Positions 10,233 through 20,616 of a stretch of 64,000 nucleotides of DNA are shown here, in pieces. This DNA comes from Oscillospiraceae bacterium. GTDB taxonomy: Bacteria > Bacillota > Clostridia > Oscillospirales > Acutalibacteraceae. The stretch's first letter is position 1; every line of letters starts with the position of its first letter. The position numbers were made by a program, and so were the translations under genes. The stretch lies in contig SVOQ01000002.1 of NCBI GenBank assembly GCA_015066345.1, positions 58,659-122,658 of the forward strand. The letters are read 5' to 3'. The notes below the pieces were generated by a model. It was given only the letters and a program-made list of their open reading frames with translations, was not told the origin of the DNA and did no database searches.

Positions 10233-11030
10233 TTAATCCACTCTGAACCTTATATATGTTCTGTCGTCAAAAGACGTACAGTTTTTTTGTACTCCCTTGG
10301 TTGAACGGTAATCACCGTCACAAAGGGGATTTGTTGTCAATTCCTGTTTTAATTTTTCTTCGCTTTCTTCTAAAGTCCCGCAAAGTTCGGGATAACCGTC
10401 ACTTGCTAAAACTATTTCGTCACCGGTTTTCACCTTATGTATAACAATGTCTTTTTCGTGTACGAATGCACCGTTTATAACGCCGTAAGCGAATCTTCCC
10501 TCACCATTAGCAAAAATACTTTGCTTTTTAATTACTGGTAAAATAAACTCTCTGCCAAGGTCATTTTCTGAAAGTTCTTCATCAGTAGTACCCTCGAAAC
10601 GTACCATTTCAAGCACAAGGGCTCTCATATCCGAAACTATACGGTCAATTTCCTTACTATGAGTAAACACTTCACCGTTTATAATGCACTGACAGTCGCC
10701 TATACTCCAGATTTCGTGATGATGGTTACTGTATATTATAACACTTGCCGCGGCACTTCCGCCATTATTGTATTCGTCGCAAAGTTGCCTTATCTTTTCG
10801 GTTAAAATTCGTGTGGCTTCAAAAGCGTCAATATCCAAATTAAATTCGGCTACCGCTTCACAAATAAGCCTTGCCGCCACTCTGCCACCTGTTTCACCAC
10901 CAAAAAGAATCGTATCTTTTGCAGTAACTCCATCTGCGACAACTATAAAATTTTCGTTATAAAAAAGGAAATCCTCACAAAGGCTTTCGTCGGGTTTCTT
11001 GCCTTTTATAAACTGTTCCAAAATTCTCAT
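10233..11030 (-). CDS. PP2C-like phosphatase domain protein
   Basis: VVADGVT and LASDGYPE metal-site-like motifs. Start moved to MRILEQ (GGGGGA Shine-Dalgarno 6 nt upstream). Confidence 0.5.
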   Translation of the reverse strand: MRILEQFIKGKKPDESLCEDFLFYNENFIVVADGVTAKDTILFGGETGGRVAARLICEAVAEFNLDIDAFEATRILTEKIRQLCDEYNNGGSAAASVIIYSNHHHEIWSIGDCQCIINGEVFTHSKEIDRIVSDMRALVLEMVRFEGTTDEELSENDLGREFILPVIKKQSIFANGEGRFAYGVINGAFVHEKDIVIHKVKTGDEIVLASDGYPELCGTLEESEEKLKQELTTNPLCDGDYRSTKGVQKNCTSFDDRTYIRFRVD

Positions 11031-11150
11031 AGGTCGTCCCCCAATAGGGAATATTATATTTATAAAAACACCCTTTGTCAATTAAAAATGCTTGTATTTA
11101 TAATAGGTCTTGTGTATAATACTTATACTTATTTTATAAAGAGGTATGTA

Positions 11151-12614
11151 ATGGAAAAGAAACACGAAAACAAGCACATTGATATGGGCTTACAATTAAA
11201 CAAAAAAACTATGATTGCTTTAACCCTTGTGTTAGTCACGGTTTTAGCATTCATTGGTGTTTTAACCCAGACACTCCCCCGCGGAGAATATGAAATTGCC
11301 GAAGTCAACGGACACGACGCAATTGTTGACGGTACTTATACCGAAACTCCCGACTATAAAATGCCTATATGGAAAATTATTTTATCCCCCATTCTGTGTT
11401 TCGGCAGTAGTCAGGCTTTTACGGGCGTAACTATTATCCTGATGATTGTCCTTATCGGCGGTTCGTTTCTGATTTTGGATAAATGCGGTATACTCAAATA
11501 CATAATGGCTACCCTTATTAAAAAATTCAGTCACAAAAAATACAGTCTTATGGCGGTTGTAATATTTGTATGTATGCTTCTGGGCTCTACTGCGGGTATA
11601 CTCGAAGAAAGTATAACTTTAGTACCCATAGCCGTTGCCATTTCCCTGGCTTTAGGTTGGGACTCTCTCGTGGGACTTGGTCTTAGCCTCGTTTCAATTG
11701 CTTGGGGCTTTACCGCCGCTACATTTAACCCCTTTAACGTTGTTACGGTTCAGAAATTAGCGGATTTAGAGGTTTTCTCGGGACTTTGGCTCAGGCTCAT
11801 TGTTTTCGTAGGTGTTTACCTTATCCTTTTCTTATTCCTTTTCATTTACGCTAAAAAAATTGAGAAAAATCCTAAAAAATCCCCTGTTTACGAATCGGAC
11901 AAAGCCTTGCGAGAAAAGTATAATCTTACGGATGCGGACGCTACTCTTTCCGATAAAAACACACGCAAAGGCACACGAGCATTTTTGATTTGTATGCTCA
12001 TTGACGTACTTTTCATAATCCTTGACTTCGTTTTAAGTACGGGCGGTGCTCTTTCCCTTCCCGCTATGGCAATTCTTTTCACCACGGGCGGACTTCTTGC
12101 AGGTCATTTCTCAGGACTTCGCGGTAAAAATTTATTTAAAAGCTTCTTGCAGGGTACAAAAAGTATTGCCCCCGCTATTCCTCTTATAATTTTCGTTGTG
12201 GCTATTTCCTACGTGTTAAACGAAGGCAGAATAATGCACACCATCCTTTTCGAATTAAATGAACTTATGAAGGGTCTTTCACCCTATGTTGCAATCCTGC
12301 TTCTCTTTGCGGTAATTGCACTTTTAGAGTTCTTTATCGGTAGCGGCAGTGCAAAAGCATTTTTAATTATGCCCCTTGTTGCACCCCTTTCCGACCTTGT
12401 GGGTATTACCCGTCAGAGTGTAGTTACTACATTCTGTATGGCGGACGGTTTCACAAATCTCCTTTATCCCACAAGCGGAATTATGATTATCGCTATCGGA
12501 CTTGTGGGTGTTTCCTACGGCAAATGGATTAAATGGTCATGGAAACTCTTTGTAGGTGAGTTTATTTTCTCGGCACTGATTATGCTTCTTATGGTGGCAA
12601 TAAATTATAATTGA
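11151..12614 (+). CDS. YfcC/DcuC-type anaerobic carrier family membrane protein
   Basis: Polytopic. Start moved to MEKKHE (AGAGGT Shine-Dalgarno). Sits in front of uxaB-uxaA. Confidence 0.6.
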   Translation: MEKKHENKHIDMGLQLNKKTMIALTLVLVTVLAFIGVLTQTLPRGEYEIAEVNGHDAIVDGTYTETPDYKMPIWKIILSPILCFGSSQAFTGVTIILMIVLIGGSFLILDKCGILKYIMATLIKKFSHKKYSLMAVVIFVCMLLGSTAGILEESITLVPIAVAISLALGWDSLVGLGLSLVSIAWGFTAATFNPFNVVTVQKLADLEVFSGLWLRLIVFVGVYLILFLFLFIYAKKIEKNPKKSPVYESDKALREKYNLTDADATLSDKNTRKGTRAFLICMLIDVLFIILDFVLSTGGALSLPAMAILFTTGGLLAGHFSGLRGKNLFKSFLQGTKSIAPAIPLIIFVVAISYVLNEGRIMHTILFELNELMKGLSPYVAILLLFAVIALLEFFIGSGSAKAFLIMPLVAPLSDLVGITRQSVVTTFCMADGFTNLLYPTSGIMIIAIGLVGVSYGKWIKWSWKLFVGEFIFSALIMLLMVAINYN

Positions 12615-12624
12615 GGTATTATTT

Positions 12625-14067
12625 ATGAAAAACATAAAGGAACTTCACAATAAAACTCAAAGACCCGAAAAAATTCTCCAATTCGGCGAGGGTAATTTTT
12701 TAAGAGCCTTTGCAGATTATCTTGTGGATGTTATGAACGAGCAAGGTTTATTTGACGGTAGCGTCGTCATTTGCCAACCTATAAAAAACGGTCTTTGCGA
12801 CCTTATAAATGAACAAAACGGTATTTACACCCTCATTCTCAGGGGCAGGGAAAATGGTGAAGCAACTGAAAAAACACGAATCATTAAAAGTATTTCACGT
12901 TGCATTAACCCTTACGAAGACTTTGATGCTCTTTTAGAAATTGCCCGAAATGAAGACTTGAAAATTATTTTATCCAACACCACCGAAGCAGGTATCGCCT
13001 TTTCTGATACAGATAAATTCACTGATACCCCACCCTCGTCATATCCGGGTAAACTTACCCGTTTTCTCTATGAGCGTTACACCCATTTCGACGGAAGTGA
13101 CGAAAGCACCCTTTATCTTTTACCCGTTGAACTTATTGACAATAACGGTACAGAACTTAAAAATTGCGTAAAACAATTTGCAAAACTCTGGAATTTAGAC
13201 GAGGGCTTCTTATTTTGGCTTGATAAATGCAGTTTTTCAAATACCCTTGTTGACAGAATTGTTACGGGTTATCCTAAAAAAGATGTTGATGAATTTTATA
13301 ATAAATTGGGCTATACCGACCCCCTTCTTGATACGGCAGAGCCATTCTTTTTCTGGGCTATTGAGGATAAAGATGGGTTAAAAGAAGTTTTCCCTTCTCA
13401 TAAATCAGGTTTGGGTGCGGTTTTCTGTCCCGATATTTCAGGCTACAAAATGCGTAAAGTACGTATTCTCAACGGTGCTCACACCGTAAGCGTTTTAGGT
13501 GCATATCTTAGCGGTTTTGATATTGTAAGGGATATGATGAATGACAGTATTTTTGAAAACTTCATCATAACAACCCTTAAACAAGAGGTTATCCCCTACA
13601 TTCCCCTTCCCGAAAAGGAAAAAGAGGATTTCGCCCTTTCAGTACTCGAAAGATTCAATAATCCCTTTATAGACCACAGACTTCTTGATATATCCTTAAA
13701 CTCCGTTTCCAAATTCAAAGCAAGGTGTTTACCCTCCTTACTTGATAACGTGAAAAACGGTAATTTCCCCAAAAGGCTTTTCTTTGGTCTTGCCTGTCTT
13801 ATTGAGTTTTATAACGGCAAATTCAACACTGAAGGTGCTTTCATAAACACAAGGAACGGTAGTGAATACGAAATAAAGGACAATATCGAAGTTCTTAGGT
13901 TTTTCAATGATATAAACGACACCCCTGATAAAGTGACGAAAATACTCAAAAACACTGATTTCTGGGGTTGCGACCTTACCGAAATTCCTTATGCAACTGA
14001 TTTTGTCAATAACTGTTGCAAAGAAATAAAAATAAACGGCGTAAAAGCCGCATTGGAGCTTTTATAA
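12625..14067 (+). CDS. uxaB: tagaturonate reductase (altronate oxidoreductase)
   Basis: 480 aa, mannitol dehydrogenase family layout, FGEGNFLRAF N-terminus. Coupled to uxaA by TAATG. Confidence 0.8.
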   Translation: MKNIKELHNKTQRPEKILQFGEGNFLRAFADYLVDVMNEQGLFDGSVVICQPIKNGLCDLINEQNGIYTLILRGRENGEATEKTRIIKSISRCINPYEDFDALLEIARNEDLKIILSNTTEAGIAFSDTDKFTDTPPSSYPGKLTRFLYERYTHFDGSDESTLYLLPVELIDNNGTELKNCVKQFAKLWNLDEGFLFWLDKCSFSNTLVDRIVTGYPKKDVDEFYNKLGYTDPLLDTAEPFFFWAIEDKDGLKEVFPSHKSGLGAVFCPDISGYKMRKVRILNGAHTVSVLGAYLSGFDIVRDMMNDSIFENFIITTLKQEVIPYIPLPEKEKEDFALSVLERFNNPFIDHRLLDISLNSVSKFKARCLPSLLDNVKNGNFPKRLFFGLACLIEFYNGKFNTEGAFINTRNGSEYEIKDNIEVLRFFNDINDTPDKVTKILKNTDFWGCDLTEIPYATDFVNNCCKEIKINGVKAALELL

Positions 14068-15533
14068 TGGATAAGGCTATAATCATTAATCCTCGCGATA
14101 ACGTGGGTGTTGCCCTTTTTGAACTTAATAAAGGTGAAACTTTCGGTAATGTTGAAATACTTAGTAACATTCCCGAAAAGCACAAATTTGCCTTAACCGA
14201 TATTGCCAAAGGTGAAAACGTAATAAAATACGGCTACCCCATAGGCATAGCAACAACCCATATAAAAAAGGGCGACCACATACATACCCATAATTTAAAA
14301 ACTGCTATTACGGCTAGCGAGGAATACCTATTTAAAGGTGAAAAATCTTACTCACCGAAAGGAACTGATATAACCTTTATGGGTTATTTGAGAAAAAACG
14401 GCAAAGTCGGTATACGAAACCGAATTTTTATTATTCCTACGGTTGGTTGTGCAAACAATGCCGCTAAAATCATTGCTGAAAAGGCTAATAAAGAATTAAA
14501 TCTGGGCAGTGATGTTTTAGCCCTTACTCACCCATACGGTTGCTCCCAATTGGGCGATGATGCATCTAACACCGCAAAGTGTATTGCCGCCCTCTGTAAA
14601 CACCCAAATGTAGGCGGTGCTCTTTTACTTTCGTTAGGTTGTGAAAACAACAATCTTCAGGTTATGAAACCTTACCTCGGTGAATACGACACCGACAGAA
14701 TAAAACTCCTTAATATGCAGGAATGTGATGATGAAATCGAAGAAGGTCTTGAAATCATCAAAAGCATTTATAATATTACAAAAGAGGATAAACGCACACC
14801 CCAACCCATAAGTAAACTTACGGTAGGGTTTAAATGTGGTGGGTCTGACGGTTTTTCGGGTATCACGGCAAATCCCCTTTGCGGTAAAATCTGCGACAAA
14901 CTCACGAGTTATGGGGCTACTGCAATTCTAACGGAAGTTCCCGAAATGTTTGGTGCCGAAACCATTTTGATGGACAGAACTGTTAATGAAGATATTTTTA
15001 ACAAAACTGTCCGTATGATAAACGGTTTCAAAAACTACTTTACCGAGCATAATCAGGTAGTTTATGAGAATCCCTCACCCGGTAACAAGGATGGCGGAAT
15101 TACCACCTTGGAGGAAAAATCTCTCGGTTGTATTACCAAGGGCGGTACATCTATTGTAACGGATGTTTTGAATCTTTATGAACCCTGTAAAAAAAGCGGT
15201 GTATCCCTACTTTGGGGACCCGGTAATGATATGGTTTCCACTACAAATCTCGCTTGTGCCGACGCGGTTATAATACTTTTTACAACGGGTAGAGGTAATC
15301 CTTTGGGTGCACCCATACCAACATTAAAAATAAGCACCAATACCGCTCTTTCTCAGAAGAAAAAATCCTGGATTGATTTTGATGCAGGTACTCTTTTAGA
15401 AAACGGCTCATTTGAAGAAACAACCGAAAAGCTTCTTAGTACCATTATTGATATGTCAAACGGCAAAAAGGCACTTAATGAAATTAATAATTACGAAGAA
15501 ATTGCCATTTTCAAAGATGGTGTTACATTATAA
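14067..15533 (+). CDS. uxaA: altronate dehydratase
   Basis: N-terminal SAF-like domain (INPRDNVGVAL) plus the large UxaA/GarD C-terminal domain. The ATG overlaps the uxaB stop. Confidence 0.85.
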   Translation: MDKAIIINPRDNVGVALFELNKGETFGNVEILSNIPEKHKFALTDIAKGENVIKYGYPIGIATTHIKKGDHIHTHNLKTAITASEEYLFKGEKSYSPKGTDITFMGYLRKNGKVGIRNRIFIIPTVGCANNAAKIIAEKANKELNLGSDVLALTHPYGCSQLGDDASNTAKCIAALCKHPNVGGALLLSLGCENNNLQVMKPYLGEYDTDRIKLLNMQECDDEIEEGLEIIKSIYNITKEDKRTPQPISKLTVGFKCGGSDGFSGITANPLCGKICDKLTSYGATAILTEVPEMFGAETILMDRTVNEDIFNKTVRMINGFKNYFTEHNQVVYENPSPGNKDGGITTLEEKSLGCITKGGTSIVTDVLNLYEPCKKSGVSLLWGPGNDMVSTTNLACADAVIILFTTGRGNPLGAPIPTLKISTNTALSQKKKSWIDFDAGTLLENGSFEETTEKLLSTIIDMSNGKKALNEINNYEEIAIFKDGVTL

Positions 15534-15537
15534 CAAC

Positions 15538-15576
15538 AAAAACTCACACTCTTAATAGGGAGTGTGAGTTTTTTTA
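15538..15576. terminator. bidirectional intrinsic terminator
   Basis: ACTCACACTC/GAGTGTGAGT 10-bp stem with flanking A-run and T-run, between convergent genes. Confidence 0.85.
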
Positions 15577-16737
15577 TTAATCATCTAAACGTTCGGTTTC
15601 AAAGGCATCTAAAATTTCTGTTTCATAGTTGTCTTCAAAATCAGTGTTTTCGCGTACAATTTTACCGTTGGCAAAACCGTCCTCGATAACTATGGATTCA
15701 TCTATCCAACCGTCATCATCGTCATCATCAAGGATAATAGCACCATTTTCGTCGTACTCAATAACAGCGGGTCTTGTTTTATATCTGATAATTATAATTA
15801 CTACAATAAGAATTACAACAAACGCCGCTACCGCAATGATAATGGGAATAAGAAAATTTGGCTTTTCCTCAACCTTTTCTTCGGGAATATCCTCAAAACT
15901 TGCACTTACAACGACCGCTTCACGGGGCATTATGAAGCTCAGAACATCACTGGATTTTCCGTTAATTGTAATACTTCCCGCTACAAGACGTTTGCCCTCG
16001 TCGGGCTTAACGGTAATAATAACCGCCTCACCCATACTTGCACTACTTGGGTTCACTTCGATTGTTCCACCGGGAACTTGTTTAACCTTAATACCGAATT
16101 CAACAGTATTGGCATCCGCTTCCCACTTTGCGTATATAACAGTACCTTTTTGAGCAATGGATTTACTGAAATCCCAAGGTTCGGTGCATTCGGGGTTTTT
16201 ATACCAACCCTTGAAAACATAACCAATTCTTACAGGTTCATTGGGTTGATTAACAAGACCCGGCTTATTGAGAACGGTTTTAAGTCTTCGCTCACCGTTA
16301 TTTCTTTCAAGATATACGAAGAACTGACCGTCTTTAAGCAATGCCTCATCCGGATCGGTAGTTTCAGTATGAGTTGTAGAAGTTTCAGTTTCGGCTTTTG
16401 TAGTTTTTTCGGTATTAGCTTTTGTAGTCTTAACCGTTGTTTCCTTAGTTGTTTTTTCGGTAGTTTCTTTTGCTGTTACATTAATCGGAGGAGCAGGTTT
16501 TATCTGACTCTGTGTTGTAGCAGGACGAGTTGTCTTTTGAGTGGTGGGTTCCTTCGTAGGTTCGGTAACCACGTTAGAATTTGTAGTTTCTTCATCCGTA
16601 TCGTCAAATGAATCGGTTTCAATAGGCCCAACATAATCCTCCCATGACGGAGCCGCCATACTCATTGTAAAACTTCCGCACAGAATACACAGAATAATCC
16701 CTAAACTGAGCAGTAATTTAAAATACTTTTTAGTCAT
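15577..16737 (-). CDS. secreted/anchored protein with Thr-rich linker, Listeria-Bacteroides (InlB B-type) repeat and C-terminal TM plus acidic tail
   Basis: Signal peptide. TTKETT repeats. GYVFKGWYKNPECTEPWDF repeat motif. Hydrophobic IIIAVAAFVVILIVVIIII segment. Confidence 0.6.
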   Translation of the reverse strand: MTKKYFKLLLSLGIILCILCGSFTMSMAAPSWEDYVGPIETDSFDDTDEETTNSNVVTEPTKEPTTQKTTRPATTQSQIKPAPPINVTAKETTEKTTKETTVKTTKANTEKTTKAETETSTTHTETTDPDEALLKDGQFFVYLERNNGERRLKTVLNKPGLVNQPNEPVRIGYVFKGWYKNPECTEPWDFSKSIAQKGTVIYAKWEADANTVEFGIKVKQVPGGTIEVNPSSASMGEAVIITVKPDEGKRLVAGSITINGKSSDVLSFIMPREAVVVSASFEDIPEEKVEEKPNFLIPIIIAVAAFVVILIVVIIIIRYKTRPAVIEYDENGAIILDDDDDDGWIDESIVIEDGFANGKIVRENTDFEDNYETEILDAFETERLDD

Positions 16738-16757
16738 AGTTTCACCTTAAAAATTAA

Positions 16758-17915
16758 TCAATAAGTAGAGTCCATATCCTCATTCACTACTTCTTTAACT
16801 TCTTTAACGAAAGAGGAATTTTTGATTTTATCCTGAAGCATATTGTAGAAAAGTTCTTCATCAATGGGTAAAGTAACGGTTTTACCCAACCATGATGAAA
16901 GGAATGCGGCATTGGAAATCATAAGTCCGTTAATGCCCTCCTGACCTGATGCGGTAAGGGGTTCACCACGAAGAATAGCACCTGCAAATTTATTAAGAAC
17001 TTCAGGATGCTGAATATTTCTGCCGTCAAGTTCCGCCTCAAAAATTTCAGTATCAATTCTACCGAATCCCTCTGCGGCATTTTTTGTGAATTCGCTTACG
17101 CTCTCGGCAACTTCGCAAACTGTAAGTTTACCGTCTTCACAAATAAGTTTTGCTCTGTCGAGGGTAATTTCAAGTCTGTTTGTACCGGGGAAATCACCTG
17201 TTGTAGTAATAAATGTACCTGTCGCGCCGTTGGGATATTCCGCATAAATCATAACGTCATCTTCAACCTCGATATTATGCCATTTACCCTCGTGACAAAC
17301 TGCAGTAATCTTTTCGGGCATACCGCAAATCCACTGCCACAAGTCAAGTTGGTGGGGACACTGATTAAGAAGTACGCCGCCGCCTTCACCTGACCAGGTT
17401 GCACGCCATCCGCCGGAATTATAATATGACTGTGTTCTGTACCAATCGGTAATAATCCAGGTTACACGCTGTAATTCACCGTATTTTCCGCTATGAACGA
17501 TTTCGTGAGCCTTTCTGTAAAGGCAGTTTGTACGTTGGTTAAACATAATTGCAAAGATTTTATCGCTTTTATCTGCAACCGCGTTCATTTCACGAACCTG
17601 TTTAGTATAAACACCTGCGGGTTTTTCGCTCATAACGTGAAGACCTTTTTCCAAAGCCTCTATAACAAGGGGCGGATGGTCATAGTGAGGTGTAGCAATA
17701 AGAACTGCATCAACTTCACCTGAATCCATAAGTGCCGAAGCAGTGTCAAAGGTTTTAACCTCGGGAAGTTGTTCTTTTGCCCACTGGAGTCTGTCGGGCT
17801 TAATATCGGCAACTGCCGTAATTTCAATTTCGGGCATTGTGCCTTTAAGTACATTCTTAATATGGCTTGAACCCATATTGCCTACACCAATGATACCTAA
17901 ACGTACTTTTTTCAT
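16758..17915 (-). CDS. Gfo/Idh/MocA family oxidoreductase
   Basis: GIIGVGNMGSSH Rossmann N-terminus and a family-typical C-terminal domain. Confidence 0.85.
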   Translation of the reverse strand: MKKVRLGIIGVGNMGSSHIKNVLKGTMPEIEITAVADIKPDRLQWAKEQLPEVKTFDTASALMDSGEVDAVLIATPHYDHPPLVIEALEKGLHVMSEKPAGVYTKQVREMNAVADKSDKIFAIMFNQRTNCLYRKAHEIVHSGKYGELQRVTWIITDWYRTQSYYNSGGWRATWSGEGGGVLLNQCPHQLDLWQWICGMPEKITAVCHEGKWHNIEVEDDVMIYAEYPNGATGTFITTTGDFPGTNRLEITLDRAKLICEDGKLTVCEVAESVSEFTKNAAEGFGRIDTEIFEAELDGRNIQHPEVLNKFAGAILRGEPLTASGQEGINGLMISNAAFLSSWLGKTVTLPIDEELFYNMLQDKIKNSSFVKEVKEVVNEDMDSTY

Positions 17916-17978
17916 TTTAACGTATCCTCTCTAAATAATTTCTGTAATTTGTGAAATAATATTCACGAGGTGAATATT

Positions 17979-18125
17979 ATGAAAAAACATAAAAAGAGCA
18001 AAGTCCAGGAAGTAATCGACGCCGACAACAACATTGATAAAAATATTTTAAGTGATGTAAACGGCTCTTACACGGGGAAACCCCTTAACGGCGACGAGCC
18101 TTTGCAGGACGCTGACGATTTGTAA
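17979..18125 (+). CDS. small hypothetical protein (48 aa), below the ORF-track cutoff
   Basis: GAGGTG Shine-Dalgarno 7 nt upstream of the ATG. Translates to MKKHKKSKVQEVIDADNNIDKNILSDVNGSYTGKPLNGDEPLQDADDL. Its 3' end overlaps the convergent gene by 41 nt. Confidence 0.45.
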   Translation: MKKHKKSKVQEVIDADNNIDKNILSDVNGSYTGKPLNGDEPLQDADDL

Positions 18126-20601
18126 TTTTTACTTTACCGACTCTTTTTTTACGTTCAAAGTTATGAACAATGTGAGTACCCGTAAGGGCAAAGAGTGATA
18201 TTGCCGTAAAGAACAACTGCATAAACGCCATTTGCAAACAGTTAAGATTCGAAAGCCCTGAAACAAGGGCAAGTACCGCAACAACTGCAATCCCAATACC
18301 CATAGCACAAAGTTGGAAAATATGAATTACCTGCTTTATGGCGTTGAGTGATAAAGCGCTTTTTATACAGTGTAAAAAGCTTGTGGTCTTGCCGTCGTGC
18401 AAAAGAAGTGCATCGGCGGCAGATGTGGTACAGGATTCATAAGATTTATACAAATCCCCCGAAACTGCAGATAAAATCTTAACTCCGCTTAAGGGTAAAT
18501 TAAGTTTATTTGCTACCATAGTATCGGTTATATTAGCATCATCCGAACGCACAAGCAATGAAATACTGTTACTTTCAATATTTTTAAGAAGTCGTGCGTT
18601 TGCGGTGTTAATATCATAAGATATTATAAACACTGCCGCGGCTTTACCGTCCAAAGCGAGATACAGCGGATATCTGCCCTCACAAAGATGCTTTTCAATA
18701 AGAGCCTTGTCGGGAATTTCCACATTGTGGTTTTTAAGTAAATCTGCGTTACCTACAAGCACACGTCTGTTGAAAATCCAGGCAGAAAGCCCTAATTTTT
18801 CTTCATAAGCGAGAGTATCAACAGGGGGAAGAAGAGAAACCTCACCCACAATAACTCTTTTAAATAAATTACCTAAAGGTCCGCCCGAAGCGATGACCAA
18901 TGCGGCGGTGTTTATAATGGCTTCATCAATTTCCATATCATAGAAAAGATGTATGCCGTATACATTTCCGCCCTCTTCATCAAAAATATCCGCCGAGTCA
19001 ACCGTAATAGCGTTTGCATTTTCGCAAGTTCTCAGTGCATCCCAACCTGCAATCATACCGCCTTTATTCCGTGTTTTTTTAGAGACTTTTTTAATAGCAA
19101 TAGCGTCCGCTATAAATGAAAAATAAGGTAAACTTATACATAAAGCGGCGGTAAAAGCGGAAATACCGCTCACAAGATGCTTCGTAACTATCAATGAAAT
19201 CAGACCGATTAAAACTGATACACCCAAACTTATGGGAATAAGTTTTCTGGCTATATCGTCCGAGGGGTAAAATTTACTTGAAAGCTCCACAAAACGCCTT
19301 GGGAATAATGTTTTCTGTGAAGAGATAATTACAGGTTCTTCAAGAAGTAAACCTCTGCCGATTTCAAAAGCGGTCTCCCCTTGTTCAATGGGTCCTACTG
19401 CGTAAATTTCCTCTTTTTCAGTCATATAACTGAAGTTTTCACTTATTCTCTGAGTTTCAATTGCACGTGCAACAAGGTTAAGTCCCATACTCAATACCGC
19501 AACCGAACCGAATAAGCTAATATCCTTTTCAAAGGGGTCGGCTGTAAACAAGAATGCGAATTCCTGCACAAGGGCGGCTACAATACCAAGAAACACACCC
19601 GTGTCACGGTTAAGTTTAAAGTCCTTAAAACCTTTGACACCATCAATAATACAGTTAAAATTAACCACACATGGAGCAATAGTAAGTAGAATTGAGGCTA
19701 TAACAAAAACCGTTCCGCCTGTATCAAAATTTTTAGCAATAAGTGAAATTACTAAAAGTAATAAAAATGATATAAATGACACTACCGCACCCATTACGGC
19801 GGTATTTTTTTGTTTTCTTAAAAAATACGAAACCTTAAATTTATCGTCGGGCATACGGTATTCATCCGTGCCGTATTTTTTTACGGGTTCGTTATTTTCG
19901 GGTTCATCGGGTTCGCTGGTAACTGTAAACTTACTTGCCTTTTCCTTGCGTTTTTTAATAAGTTGTTCTTCAACTTCTCTTTCGTCGACGATTTCAACAT
20001 CAGTATCGTGAAAACCCTCAAAGGTAAGCTGAGCACCGTCATCTTCCTCGGGAAGTTCAATATCGTGAGCATCTCCGTCAGTAACCGCAAGGGAACGAAG
20101 CCCAATGGTTTTAGTGTGTTGCATATCATCAAATACAACGGTTTTTTCAGTTGCTTCCATATCCCCTGCCTTGTGGTCAGGAACGAGATTGGGGACGGGT
20201 GAAAAATCCGAAGTATGAGTGAAATTACTTTGTTTTTTCACGAAACCGCCACGCTCGTATTTTTGCTCCTCAGGGGGCACAATACGGTGTTCTGCGGTTT
20301 TTTCAAGATTCTGAATAGGTTTATTAAAAAAGCGGTTACGGTACTTTTCACTGACAAAGGTTCCGTAAACCTGAGGCTCTGCCACACTGTCAGAACGCTC
20401 AACCGTATCGGTTATAATACGGTGCTCTATATTTTCATTATGGCTCGGTCTCGGATTAAATGAAACTGCTTTTGGCGTATGCTCAATTTCCTCAACAAAT
20501 TCAAGGGCATCACTACCGTCTTGAAGCATACCGCTATCTTGCAGTAATTCATCAATTTCTTCCAAAGACCATTTTCTTGTCTTTTTTCTTTCGTCAGCCA
20601 T
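18085..20601 (-). CDS. membrane protein with a degenerate P-type (heavy-metal type) ATPase-like core and a long acidic N-terminal extension
   Basis: 838 aa. TM bundle followed by ...NANAITVDSADIFDEEG, LLVRSDDAN and SAADALLLHDG, which resemble the DKTGT, TGDN and hinge blocks. Confidence 0.5.
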   Translation of the reverse strand: MADERKKTRKWSLEEIDELLQDSGMLQDGSDALEFVEEIEHTPKAVSFNPRPSHNENIEHRIITDTVERSDSVAEPQVYGTFVSEKYRNRFFNKPIQNLEKTAEHRIVPPEEQKYERGGFVKKQSNFTHTSDFSPVPNLVPDHKAGDMEATEKTVVFDDMQHTKTIGLRSLAVTDGDAHDIELPEEDDGAQLTFEGFHDTDVEIVDEREVEEQLIKKRKEKASKFTVTSEPDEPENNEPVKKYGTDEYRMPDDKFKVSYFLRKQKNTAVMGAVVSFISFLLLLVISLIAKNFDTGGTVFVIASILLTIAPCVVNFNCIIDGVKGFKDFKLNRDTGVFLGIVAALVQEFAFLFTADPFEKDISLFGSVAVLSMGLNLVARAIETQRISENFSYMTEKEEIYAVGPIEQGETAFEIGRGLLLEEPVIISSQKTLFPRRFVELSSKFYPSDDIARKLIPISLGVSVLIGLISLIVTKHLVSGISAFTAALCISLPYFSFIADAIAIKKVSKKTRNKGGMIAGWDALRTCENANAITVDSADIFDEEGGNVYGIHLFYDMEIDEAIINTAALVIASGGPLGNLFKRVIVGEVSLLPPVDTLAYEEKLGLSAWIFNRRVLVGNADLLKNHNVEIPDKALIEKHLCEGRYPLYLALDGKAAAVFIISYDINTANARLLKNIESNSISLLVRSDDANITDTMVANKLNLPLSGVKILSAVSGDLYKSYESCTTSAADALLLHDGKTTSFLHCIKSALSLNAIKQVIHIFQLCAMGIGIAVVAVLALVSGLSNLNCLQMAFMQLFFTAISLFALTGTHIVHNFERKKRVGKVKITNRQRPAKARRR

Positions 20602-20616
20602 TATTATTCCTCACAA

